From: Epiperipatus broadwayi
Taxonomy: Eukaryota > Animalia > Onychophora
Direction: 5' to 3'
DNA: 64,000 nt
NCBI GenBank assembly: GCA_028023455.1
Contig: JAQFVV010000008.1
Span: 11,904,001 to 11,968,000, forward strand
Under the pieces are notes generated by a model that was given only the letters and a program-made list of their open reading frames with translations, did no database searches and had not been told where the DNA came from. The translations under genes were made by a program, and so were the position numbers. This document shows positions 12,886 through 25,906 of this stretch, piece after piece. The first letter of the stretch is position 1. Each line of letters starts with the position of its first letter.

Positions 12886-15800
12886 TATATCTTAATTTAA
12901 CATATATATATATATAACAAAGTAACCTTGTTATGGTTCATCAAATCACAGACATTCATGTAAATAAAACTGGGAACTAATCAAGTGATTCTATATTACA
13001 TAAATACTTGGTTAACATGATGACGTAATGTTCAATTTAGAAAAAAAACATGACTGATTATTAGAGTGAACTCTAAAAAAATCCATATTAGTGTTTGTGT
13101 GTGTATATATATATAATAAATTAAGTTTGATATATATGTATATTTGAATATTATATATATATATGTATATTGTAACAATATGGAAAATAGGGGTTAATAA
13201 GGCAGGTGACACTTATAACAGTACTGAAAATAAGTTAATAAAAGAATCAAGTTACAATGACCCATAATTGGGTAGCCATTTGTAACAGTATACCACCTTG
13301 GGGCTGAACTATGAGGAGATGGGAAACCATCATCATCCCAAATAAAATATAAAATTTAATATAAAATGAATGAGCATGAGAGATCAGCATAGAACCTACT
13401 ATAAGTTCACCAGCATTACACAAAAGTAATAATCATTTATCATCATGAATGATCAATAAAATAAATCAATAGTCAATCTTGATTTGAAAGTAGTCCATTA
13501 TAGACCAATATTAATTATTTAGCCACTGCCAAACCTAGGGCAGAAATACAGAAAATAATTATCTGGATGCACACACTTAGAAGCTACTCCATCAAACTAC
13601 AACAATAATTCAAATAATGCTGATACTAAATACATCCTGATTATCACCAATGTTCTGGACACTTAGTACCATTAATGTATTAGCCAACTATAAACTAAAT
13701 TTTTAAAGAAATAATATGAGATGTAGTGCATGGACTTTAAAGAATATTTCTTTTGTGCCAACCAGGATCATCATCTGGCTGTCCATAACACTTAACATAA
13801 ACCATGTTCCATATAACTTATATACAAATCTAGTTTACGAAGCAAGAACTATATAAACTATTATTATGCACAAGAGATAAATAAAGCAACTTATTATAAA
13901 TCACTTCAAATAATTCCTAGATTTACTCTATTATAAGTCAATAGATTTATTGGGATCATTAAAAAATCATAGAACATTAAGTTGTTGTGAAATAGTCACA
14001 CACACTGCAATTTATGAAATAGGAATTGGATAGAATAAAGAAATTAAATGTAAAAAATATTTTTTAAACAATTCTTTAATAACTAATTGATTAACAAACA
14101 AAAAATGATAGTATGAAATTTTAAATATTCATTTCATCAAAAAATATATTTTCATAAAAATTATAATCAATCAGTTGATTTCTATTCATACATTAATTTT
14201 TAATTAATTAAATTATTGTTTTAAAATAACTAAGAGTTAGAAAAACAACATTTTCAAAATCAAAGATAATCTTTGAATTAGCTTAATTAACAGTTTGTTA
14301 AGTTTCGGGAGGGGGAGGGATGAATGCAAAGAGAAAAACATGTTTTCAAAAATAAAAATAAAATAAAAAAATTTACAAAAAGTTAATTTTGAAGAAAAAA
14401 ATTACTGGATTTTAAAAAAAAAAATTCACAATTTAAAAATGTTAATTTAATGAAAATATTTAAAATTATCAATTCTTACAAAAACAAAAATAAAATTTTA
14501 TGGCTATACACAAAAATTTAGTATGCACATGCAAAATAATACCTTTAGCCTTAATTTGTTTCTTCTATAGACTCCTTCCCAATTATAATATCTAGTTCTT
14601 CCACTTGTTTTTTAAATGCTTTTAAACATGAGCATGATTAATTTGTCCTTTTTTGGTGTGCAGTATTTCATTTCTAGGTTAACAACAGCAAAATTTTATC
14701 AATTTTCAATAAATTTCTAAGGTGAGACTAACACAAATAGAGATTTGTGTTCTTTATTGTAGACAAGGCTGCAAATTACTTTAGGGATAACTTTACATTT
14801 TTATTCCAATGAAGGAAGGTTACATGGAGGAAGATGATGACTAGCTTCTAGCTGAATTTAGCACAAAGAGTTTTCATTGTAGAAACCATTTTTATGATTA
14901 AACTCATAGGATGCTAAAAGCTTGTTTAAAAGTTGTACTATGCAATTAATTAAAATTTCTGCTTTTGGATTAAGAAATGACTGCTCTCTCTTCAACAGCT
15001 AATTTAGGAATAATTTCTTCTACTGTCTTTTTCAGCAGCTAGATTAAGATTTGACTATTCTCTTCAATAACTAGGTAAGGAATAATTTCTTTTACTAGAC
15101 ACTTGCATATTCTGACTTATTCACACTCATTTTTTTTCTAGAACAATCTTGCCTACAAGACAATCACAATCTGTTTCTAACCTGATAATTTTTATAACCA
15201 GTGAGGTAAAGTTTTACAATACAATTGTTCAGTTATTTCCCTCTTTAATTATAGGCATTGAAAAACAAATCAGGAACTTAGCATTATAAAATTATTGATG
15301 TTACTTTCTAATTATTATTTTATTTTTATTTTGCAAAAGAGAAAACGTAATCGGATAATTGCACTGATTTGATTTTTTAACATTGAAGAGAAAGGAAAAA
15401 CTAATTAAAAATAAAATTTACAAATGTATTAAAATCTTATTTTGTTTTTTGTTTCTTTTTAAAAATACTCTTAAACTTAAAACTTTATCTCTTTAAAAGA
15501 TTAAAATTAATATTTATTAAACAATTTACAAAAAAGATAAAATTATTTTTATCATAGTGCATTTTCATAGTCTAAATTAAAAGACTACTAATTAATTATA
15601 ATTGCTAAAGAGAGGGAGTAAAAAAAACTTTACATTTTTTTATAGTTTTCTCTCCCTTCTATAATGATTTATAACTTATTAAAATATTTCTATATTAAAA
15701 TCATTATTTAACAAATTTAATGTTTGGCAGTTTTCATACTATTACTTTGGGACTTAAAATATTTAGTTAAATGAGGACCCATTATTAAAACTATGCATGG

Positions 15801-16656
15801 GAAAATTAAATATTATTTTCACGATTACTTAAATAATTCTAAACTAAACCTGAGAAACATGCTGCCAAACAACTAATTATTTTTAAAGCAGTTATGTACC
15901 CAACTGGTTACAATATATATAAATTGTAACCTTACAAGTGTTGGGAATAAGAAATCAAAGACCACCATGTTGATTGTCAAAGACCGAAAACAATCATACT
16001 GGTACAATAATGACTATGGATTTTACATAGTACAAAATATGAGTTTTCTTGTAGTCAAAATACAATATAAACACATAATAAATCTTAGATTCTTATTGAA
16101 ATGTCAGGTTCTTATTAAATTTATATCCAAATACTAGGTTCTTTTATTTATATCTCGGGGTTGATGTTTATGCTTGATACAAGAAAATAATTATTGTACT
16201 ATACACTTTAATGCCATTACATGCAATAACCATTTAAGTTCTTTTACATTAAATATTTTATCTTCTTGTGTTTCTGTAATCTTATGTTCTAAAATGAATG
16301 AAAAGTGCAAATGTAAAATACTTATCTGAATATTTCAGATAAACAGATGGCTAGCAAATAAATCTCTTCAAATATTTAAAATTTTTCTTACATGAATATT
16401 CATCTTAATACAACTTATGGGCACATAACTTAATATCTTCATATATGATTTTGTATCAAGTAATGAAAAATAAAATAATGTAGTAGGTAGAAAGAGTACT
16501 TTTATGCTACCCATTACATCATTAAGCATCCTTGTAATAAGGATATATCAATATTTATTTCAAAATAATGCAGGTGTTAAATAAATGATAAATAAATTGA
16601 ATAAGCAAGTTTATGTACTCTCTGATACAATAATTTTAAATAAAACTTTATTAAGT

Positions 16657-16809
16657 AAATAAGCATTTATATTTATATGACGCTATGCATACAATTGTAT
16701 ACATTCAAAGATCAACCTTTCAAGCTAATTGTGCATGCGTCTTCATTTATTATTTAACACTCGCAGAAGACGCATGCACAATTAGCTTGAAAGGCTGATC
16801 TTTGAATGT
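16657..16809 (-). mobile_element. Hairpin + 41-nt tail insertion with 17-bp TSD (probable PLE-derived)
   Basis: Inverted arms of about 47 bp (16698-16744 and 16766-16812, one mismatch). Tail 16657-16697. ATAAAACTTTATTAAGT at 16640-16656 and 16810-16826. Confidence 0.75.
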
Positions 16810-18975
16810 ATAAAACTTTATTAAGTTAGATTTTCTGGATAATGGATGTAATGCTGTCAATGAAAACATAAAATGCATTTAATGAATAATAAAATATTTA
16901 TTTACAAGATAATATTTTAATACAATAAAATATACTTACAAGAGGCGGAAACTTTAATATGATAAATTATCCTGACATAAATATTTGTCATCTTTAAACC
17001 AAAACATTCCCTTCTGAATAATCCCTATAAAATTATAATTATGGCATTTATGTTATTTAAGAAGTTCTCACCCTTTTATTTAAGATACTAACCATCTAAC
17101 AATTACATACACAGAATATTAGATATATGTGCCTATACACAGGCCACTAAAAATATTTAAAAAAACTACAATACCAATGATGTTTAAAAATTAGAGTGAC
17201 CATATAACTTTAATGACATTGCAAAGATAGCTAGATGTGCAAAAATAATTATATAGGTTTCAATTTATTAATGTATATGAGGGGCAAAGTAAAAAAGCTT
17301 AATATTAACAAAATACTAACATTTTAAAAATAAAATTGTAACAGAGCTAGCAAAAATAATTGCATAAATGGATATGCCTTAAATGTTCTCACATACATAA
17401 AATGCACACTACTATCATAAAGCTAAATGCAAATGGATGGCAAGAAATAAATCAGTACCCAGTAACTTGACCTCGCAGTGCCAAAGCAAGTAAGCCACAT
17501 GCTCTCTGATATGGAGGGCTTAACAAATGCAACAGTAAACAAAAACCATAAAAATGCTGAAATTGATACCAGTCTCCAAGCAGCATATCAATAAATGAAC
17601 AAGACATGAATTTGTTAATAAATGAAAGATAACACACATATCCATATGCACAATAGCATGTACTTAATCTAAATATTATGCAAACCAACACACTATAACT
17701 GCAAAGCAATGTCAAGTATTAAGAATTTTAATAGCTATATAAACATACACTGATTTCCAAACATTTCATTCATACACATATCAAATATAAAGGCTGTTTT
17801 TAACTTGTGCATAGTAATACATTTTTTTTTTTTTGTATCAGGATATAAATTCCGAGAACTCTTAATAATTTATAACTTTAAAAACCTTTTATTTGAATTT
17901 TTTTTTTTTTACCAAATCCTTTTAAGGCATACATTATTATAAATGTACCTCATAATATACTACATTTAAAGTAATAATTAGAAATGCAAGAATAATATAA
18001 TTCTAATAATACAATAATAAACCTATATCAATTTCATAAACAATAAATATACATTATGTTCATTTTACCCTATTTAACTAAATTGAGAGTTAAAAGATCT
18101 TTCATTATTTAAAATGAAAATCACCCTCTTTAATCGAGGAGTCCTTTTGTTGTTCTATTTAGCAAAATATAAGTTTTATTAATGTAGAGGACATAAATGA
18201 ACAGCAAACATTTGAAAGTAGGAGTTTCTTGAAAAGAAAATTGTTAGCAATTTTAATATTTAAATGGAGAGGAGCAGATAGCAGGTACAAAAAGATTAAT
18301 AACAAATACTTCCACAATAAATTTGAGGCATAGTTTTGGCAATACAAATTCAAATTATTTCTTCCCTTTTGAGGAGCAATAAAAATATACTTTAAATAAA
18401 TAAATACATTAAGAATGAGTGAATTATTATGATGCTAGGATATTATTTGCATTGGAAATATTGCTTATATATAATGTCTTTTTCAAAATAGTAAAAAAAT
18501 CAATCCAGATAATATCGTTTTTTATCATAATAATATAAAGCAGTTTTAAATGACTCCATTTTATTTTAACATTTAAATTTACTATAGCTTTAAAGGAACT
18601 CATTGCATTTCTTGGCTAATTAAATATATAATATTTTTTAAAACAGTTCCTGGGGTAAAATAATAATAGTAATAACTATTTCAATTATTAAATTGTCCAC
18701 ATATAAATTACTTTTCTTCTAAAACGACATTTAGCAAAATATAAAATGTAATATTGTTAATAATGTAATTAGGATATATGACTAATTAAAAGTTTATATA
18801 ATGAAGTATTAATAAAATGGTTTTACAGCAAAAATTTCTGAATTAATTAAAAGCACAAAAATGTTAAATTAAACATACGTATAACTTTGCAACTTAGCGG
18901 TCTTCAGTAAATGTCATATTTAGAGTACACCTCAGAAAATGCACAAAAGAAATCACACAAAAATAGATAACTTAC

Positions 18976-18997
18976 CTTGAAAAATGGGGGATATGTA
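18976..18997 (-). CDS. Candidate 22-nt micro-exon of an unidentified host gene
   Basis: Minus strand TTACAG|TACATATCCCCCATTTTTCAAG|GTAAGT, with a perfect donor. The phase fits the candidate exon at 19371-19422, giving ...LFGTYPPFFK. Confidence 0.28.
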
Positions 18998-19370
18998 CTG
19001 TAATTTTCAAAAATCACATAAAAGCAAAACAACAATATAAAATTACTTTAAAATTCTCATTAAAAAAAAAAATAAGGAAATAAAATATAACTAATAAAAA
19101 ATTTCAAATTTGAAAAAATTGATACAAGACAAACTTTTTTTACTTTTTTTTTTTATTAAATACAGTATTTAATTTTATTCAAAACAAATATATTTTTATA
19201 CATTATTTACAATATTTTACATTTTTTCATACATGTACAGTATTTTAATCATTATTGCTATTTGATGATATGCCAGTTCATTTGTGAACTAGTAAGACAT
19301 CAGATTCATCACAAGAGGAAATACAACTAGCACCAACTTTATTTTTTTTAATAGCTCATAGTATACTCAC

Positions 19371-19422
19371 CCAAACAAATGTTTTCCAATTGCTGTTGAT
19401 CTTTCCCATTGTGCTAAGTGAT
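19371..19422 (-). CDS. Candidate 52-nt internal exon of an unidentified host gene
   Basis: Minus strand TTTTAG|ATCACTTAGCACAATGG...TTGTTTGG|GTGAGT; peptide HLAQWERSTAIGKHLF. No homologue recognised. Confidence 0.3.
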
Positions 19423-19770
19423 CTAAAATTGAAATTTTTGTTTCCAAAGAAATTCATTTTCTTGGGTGTTTTTTCCTCTCCATTAGGGTAAACTAAAAGT
19501 TTAAAATAAAAATAAGAACTTAGACTTATGATAATAAAAAGACACCTATTCACCACTATTGGGCAAAATTTAATTAAAACTAACAATTAAAAATTAAATT
19601 CTTATTTTTGTCTTTAATTTAAAAATCAAATTTCATTGTTTTGCATCACATTAATTTCAGATCATGTTACTTAATTTTTAAGTTGTTAATTATAATTAAA
19701 AATCAGATTTTAATTTTTAATTGTCAAATTTAATTGTGCCCACCACTGTTACTCACCTTTTAAAAATAAA

Positions 19771-20200
19771 CTTGTGGACACTAAATGATTAATTGATTAC
19801 ATACTCTTTTTTTAAAAAGCAAAACTAGAATGTGATTTAAAATGCAAAAACAACAACATGCATAGTATAGGCATCTCCCCCCCCCCCCCGCCCCACCAAC
19901 TTTTTTTTTCTCGGCTTTTTTTTTGTGGTTGGTTTTTGTTTTTTTTGTGGGGTTATTGTTTGAATAAATTTTTAAAGGGGGATTAAACAAAAAAAAAAAA
20001 AAACATAATGTTTGAACAGATTTACATTATAATCTTGTAAAATTTATTGCTTGTGGACACTAAATGATTAATTGATTATGTACTCTGTTTTTAAAAAGCA
20101 AAAATAGAATGTGATTTAAAATGGAAAAACAACAACATGTATAGTATAGACATCTATAACGTTTGAGCAGATTTACATTATAATCTTGTAAAATTTAATG
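19771..20200. repeat. Tandem duplication of a ~150-bp unit; the first copy carries a ~125-bp homopolymer-rich insert
   Basis: CTTGTGGACACTAAATGATTAATTGATT... starts at 19771 and again at about 20050. The insert lies at about 19876-20003. Confidence 0.8.
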
Positions 20201-20263
20201 TGTGTATATAAAATGGGGAAATCCTGATTTTAAGTGAATTATGAACTTCTTTATTGCATAAAA

Positions 20264-20426
20264 TCTATTACAGTAGTATTATAAAGTACTGAAAATATTG
20301 AAATTATTAGATGGAAGTCGAACTCCAATAATGCGCTATTTTTTAAATATGATATGTGAGTGCACAAAATTTATAATATTTAAAGTAATAGCACATTATT
20401 GGAGCTCGATTCCTGATCTAGTAATT
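20264..20426 (-). mobile_element. Hairpin + 37-nt tail insertion with 14-bp TSD
   Basis: Inverted arms AAATTATTAGATGGAAGTCGAACTCCAATAATGCGCTATT and AATAGCACATTATTGGAGCTCGATTCCTGATCTAGTAATTT. TTTATTGCATAAAA at 20250-20263 and TTTATCGCATAAAA at 20427-20440. Confidence 0.65.
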
Positions 20427-21922
20427 TTTATCGCATAAAAGAAAGCCGCATACAAATATATTAAGAAGAAAAATGAATCGCATAACTTCAAAATCACATT
20501 TAAAAAATCCACATAAAATGAGACTCTGGTGTACTCTGAAATTTTCTTAATAACAATATAGCCTTGGGATTTTTTTTTTAATGAGCTATTGCTTACAGAC
20601 AGGTGAACATGTACTGCCAGAGTAGACTAGCTTGAATAACTTTGGATTTTTTACCTGAACATTATTTAACTGATAAAATAATAAATATTTAAAAATTATT
20701 AATTAAGTTGAACAGAAAAGAAATAATTGAGAAATAGCAAAAGTAATTTATTTTTTTCCAGTTTTTTTTCTTTTTAAACATAGGTATGCTTGGTTTTTTT
20801 TTTGCAGTTTGTCACATGATTTTAATTAATCAATCACCAATTAGTATTGGGGCAGGGTTTTTGAAATTAACAATTTTAACCTTTTATTAACCAGGTTAGT
20901 TAGTTATAGATTTGATCTTGAACTTTTACTAATTAAGATGCCTAAGAATAGATTTAAACACCTGATATCTAGACAGTTAATCAACATACAATTTATTTTA
21001 TTAACTTTATTTAATTACCAAATAAAATTTATTTAATATAAAACAATATATTTATTTCAAAATGAATACCTTTTACTTAAGAGATTAATATTTAATTATT
21101 TAATGTTAAAATACCCATTTATAAAATATATTATTTTTATAGATAATTAATACTTTTAAATTATTCTTTTTAAACTTCCCTTTTTTAATATACATGCAGA
21201 ATTATTTGCACACACATGTATACTAGACATGATTAAGAAAACTAAAATTTACTACAAATTAATAGTATTTTAAAAGACAGCAACTAAATTTGCTTACTAA
21301 AACTCATTTAAGGTAAAACCTATTTCAAACCAACTTTCTTAAGCTTAACACATTAAATTCTAATTTCAAATATGATATGAATTATTTGATATTTTAGTAA
21401 GTACTATTTTTAAATGTATTTTAACACAAATTAATAAATAATATTTTGGCAATAACAAAACAAAAACTATAAACTCATCAACACTCCTTTAACACTTTAA
21501 GCAAATACTACTTAATACAATTAACTGAAAGTATAATCCATTTTAAACTAACTTCTATCCAAGTTTATATCAACTTCAGATTTCAAGCAATTATTAAATC
21601 AGTTAATTGATATTCTTTTAGCAATTTTGATTCAAATATATTAAACAAAGATGTTTTATTAATACTTTAGAATGCATAGTTCAGATTTTACATAGCTTAA
21701 AATAGTAACATTTATTTATTACAGGACTATATTTATTTGAGTAAAAATAAATTTTTAAAGTACTTTCTATTATATTTAACCCTTCATGGGCTAAATATAA
21801 AGTTACAATATATATATACAATTTTAAGTGGTATGCCAGTATCTACTATTTATATATATATATGATTATTATATGCAATTATTAAACAATGTCAACTATG
21901 TGTAATTTCATCCACTATATAG

Positions 21923-23192
21923 TGTAACCCTAATGTCTGCGTTTACAGGCATTGTTTTAATACAAATATTTTTTTTCATTATTATATATAACAAAATATC
22001 AAAAGTCATGTAAAAATAATACATTTTAAAGTGGTTTTAAAATGTTAGAAGTATAAGTGTAAAGATAAAAGATGCTATTATTTTAAAAATAATATTATGA
22101 TTTTAAATAATAAAAACATTGCTATAGAAACCAATCACAAATGACTGGGGGGGGGATAAAACATTGTTATGGGAACCAATATAAGCTTTCAAAAATCATC
22201 TGATTTCCAAGAAACTGGGAAGAATTGTAACATGTGACATGTCTTATACTAGAGAGAAGTCACAAAATTTTATAAAGAATTTTAAGTTTATATCATGTAT
22301 TTCATGGAGTAGAGAACCTTCCAGGATAATTTCCCTGACCTTTCCAGTATTGTAGCTGAGTACAGAGCTGTAAGCAAAAATATGCCTTAAAAATTAATCT
22401 TGATTTTGCCAATCTATTCTTCATTATTGAAAGCTAAAGAAATAGACAATTACTTGCTATAAAAGGAAAACTAGTCATCTAACATGATTATCCCTGGAAA
22501 TGTACTTCTATAAATTAATCTGCGGATCTGCCTATTCTAAATGCTCAGAAGAAAATTGCAATGGAAACTCTTAGGAAAATGCCATGGAATGAACCAAAAG
22601 AAGCTAAAACATTGTATTGCTAGCAGACATTAAAACTTAATGATTAATGGCCATATTTCCACATTTACAGATACAAAATATATATGTGAGCTCACAAAGA
22701 CATTAAAACAAATCAACTGAATTTTCTATAGATATCCTCAAAGAGATTGTAAGTTACAAAGAATTTTCCTCCCTCACGTGTGATCACTATATAAATTTCT
22801 TAATTGTAAATATATAAATACATTTTTTTATTATCATTATTATTATTACTATTTAATTAAAGTTATGGTTGATAATAATTTATTGCTGCTTGTCATTTTT
22901 CATCCAAATCAAGCTGATTATTTATTTTGTTAATGTTATAAAGGAGGGGGGGGAGGAATGATCAGGAAATATAATTGAATGTATATGGAAACTTGTTTTT
23001 ATGCATGTTCAATTTGATCATTGCTTGTGATTGGTATCAACTTGTCATTTAAAAATAAATTGTAAGCAGTCACTCCACCATGTGCACGGTCACCCATTAG
23101 TTATTTTTAAATTCCCCTAAACAAAAATTAATTTGCAACTATTATCTTTTTTTTCATTTTACTGTCAATTGGATTAATAACAATTGTTAAAA
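21923..23192 (+). repeat. 1.27-kb dispersed direct repeat, copy 1 (probable 5' end of a DNA transposon)
   Basis: Colinear with 25907-27090. Both start at TGTAACCCT and end near CATTTTACTGTCAA.TGGATTA.TAACAATTGTTAAAA. Confidence 0.8.
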
Positions 23193-23611
23193 AAGATAGT
23201 TTTGAGATTATCTTGATTAAAACAAACAGGGATTGAACCCAGTTTAGTTTTAAAATATATATTTTTATTATTATTAACATTTGAAAAAATATAAATTAGT
23301 CATTGAAATATGGAATATAAATATTTGTTCAAATGAGAAATATAATCATCTATTTTGTTATAAATAAAAATAAACTTATAAATGTTTTGGATAAAAATAG
23401 TGATAGAAATAGATTGGTAGTGATAATAGTAATATATCAATAAATAAAATAAGCCATTAAAATTAAAGTACCTTTCAGTGAAAGCTTGCATGATGGAAAG
23501 AGCAGTAAGCATTCTAGTTATTAACTAAATGAAATATTAGAGTTTTTATATGTATTTTTAAAAATTATTATAGAAAGTTAGTAGCTAATTTTTTATAAAA
23601 ATTATATTTAT

Positions 23612-23839
23612 AATAAGGTATTCATTTATATAGCACTATGTTAATAAATTGTAATTGTAAATTAGTGATCAAGTTAATGTACATGCGCCTTACAGATTTT
23701 AAACTATATGTAAGTGAATACTCTCATTCTCAAACACAAGATAAAGTCTATGAAAAGATAGAATGAGAGTATTCATTTACGTATAGGTTAAAATCTGTAA
23801 AGCACATGTGCATTAGCCTGATTGCTAATTTACAATTAT
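23612..23839 (-). mobile_element. Hairpin + 35-nt tail insertion with 13-bp TSD
   Basis: Inverted arms of about 85 bp (23647-23731 and about 23760-23843). AAATTATATTTAT at 23599-23611 and 23840-23852. Confidence 0.7.
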
Positions 23840-23850
23840 AAATTATATTT

Positions 23851-24260
23851 ATGATTATTCAAGCTAAAGCAAAAATGAAATCTCAGGAAAGTAAAACTGA
23901 GACTCACGATAGTAAGTTTAAAAACATTATCATGAGAATGTTCACAGAATTGAATAAAAAAATCAAAAATCAAAGTGAAGATCTTAAAACACAAAATAAG
24001 GAAATCAAAGAGAACATGGAAAGTATGTTTAAATGAATGGAAGAATAAAATATAGAATTGAATAGAAAGTTTAAAAAACAAAATGAAGATCTTAAAAAAC
24101 AAAATAAGAAAATTGAAGAGATTATATATATGAAAAAGCAAAATAAAGAATTGAGAGAAAAGATGAAAAATTTATTTACAGAAGCAGAAATGATAAAGCC
24201 CAGCTGATAAATGAGATTAGAGAAAAAACAAAGAAAATGCTGTGGTAAATGAAGCAGATA
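23851..24260 (+). pseudogene. Coiled-coil coding remnant (gag- or LINE ORF1-like) with an internal repeat
   Basis: MFTELNKKIKNQSEDLKTQNKEIKE recurs as IELNRKFKKQNEDLKKQNKKIEE; in-frame stops present. Family not identifiable. Confidence 0.35.
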
Positions 24261-25906
24261 AAACTAATAATAAATACTCAACTATGTTAGTTAAAATTGT
24301 TTAGTATATTGATAATCTAAATAATTTTAACACAGAAGCTTTGGAGGGTCATATTTTCATTATAATCGGCTGGGCATCTGAGTTCACACATAATAAAAGT
24401 AGAAGTGAAGAAATGTATGATTTGAAAAACAAATTAAGTTATTTAAATATTTAAAAAAAATGGATGATCAAGAAAATCGCTTCAATTTAGTCAAATATAA
24501 AAGTATTTTGTTTGGTAACGTATATAATAAAATTACTAGGAAATTTACTTAGATTAAAATTTAGAGAATAGAAAAGAGAAAACCAGAGCTTAGGCAAATA
24601 ATTAGGTTAGATAAATCATCCAATAAGAAATTATGTTCAAGAACTCATTGTATGAGAGTGATGGTAAAAAGTAGAGCTAGAAAGCACAAAATGAAATATT
24701 CATTTTTTCTAAAATAAATGAATTATTATGTGATAAATAAAAGATATTACAGGTCATTCTTAGTGAGGGCCTGTATATGTTTAAAAAATATTTAGAGAGA
24801 GACAAGGCTTAATCCTTCTAAGAATAAAGTTGCCCTCAAAATTGATGACTGGTTTTGTTAATCAGTACTTGATAGAGGAGAATGGACATTACAGGAGAGT
24901 TAGACCCTAGTGAGCATTGAAAAAAAGATTATTTTTAAAAACAGAATTATACTGTTCACAATAGTTAAGAAAAAGACATTGCAAATGAAGTAGATATAAT
25001 AATGATGTTCGATTTAATATTGAAAGCTTATTAAAAAAAATAGTAGTACTGTCTTGAGACTCTAAACATTTGATAGAAGTTTCAGAATTATTGTGTCATA
25101 TTTAAATCATATTTAAATGCAAATTTTATTCTCTACATTCCAACAATGTCAATTAATGAATAGTTAAAGAAAAATACCAGAGCTTAGAATTTAAATGATG
25201 TCACTTTATTTTATAAATTTTATTAATAAATTGATCATATTGCTTTCTGTCTTGATGATGAATGGAGAGTATTTCATTGTTTTGAGATTGTCATGTTGTT
25301 TTATACTTCAGAGTTTTTATCTCCACATTGTTCCCAACCATATTTTTATATTTATCAACCTCTATGTCTCCAAAGTGAGCTAGGCATAGTTGTAAATTTG
25401 TCAGCCTCTAAGGCATAGTCTTATATTTATCAATCTCTAAGTCTCAAAAAAAAAAAATGAGTTAGGCATATTTTGATATTTATCAGCCTCTAAATCTCAT
25501 TGTAGAGCAAGGCTTTATTTAAATGCATTGTTCATTATCATTATAAATTTTGGTTGATGTTATATTTGTGCTTGAGATAGCTCTCTTGGTATTCATATTG
25601 CATGATACACTTACTGTCAGTGGGAGATTTTTTTATTCATCTCAACATTTCAGGCAGATAATCACGTCCAATAAATAATTGAATTAATGAAACAATTTTT
25701 TATTTACATGAATACCAATGTACTGGATTTGTAAGGTTGACATTATTTGTTATATTCATACTAGCTTGTAAGTCTGTTTCCAAAGAAGTACGATTAAGCA
25801 TGACAGTATTGTAAAATTGAAAGAAATTTTTTTTCTTTGGAAATAAATCAAGCAATATTTATGGCTAAATTGACTCTATTTTATTTCTAAATGGAGGAGG
25901 CACAAA

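Larger units (their letters stand above)
9871..12889 (+). mobile_element. RTE-clade non-LTR retrotransposon, near full length, with inverted 5' segment and ~25-bp TSD
   Basis: APE endonuclease plus RT coding region and a 3' (GAT)/(TA)n tail. TCTTAATTTAACATATATATATATA is duplicated at 9846-9870 and 12890-12914. Confidence 0.93.
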
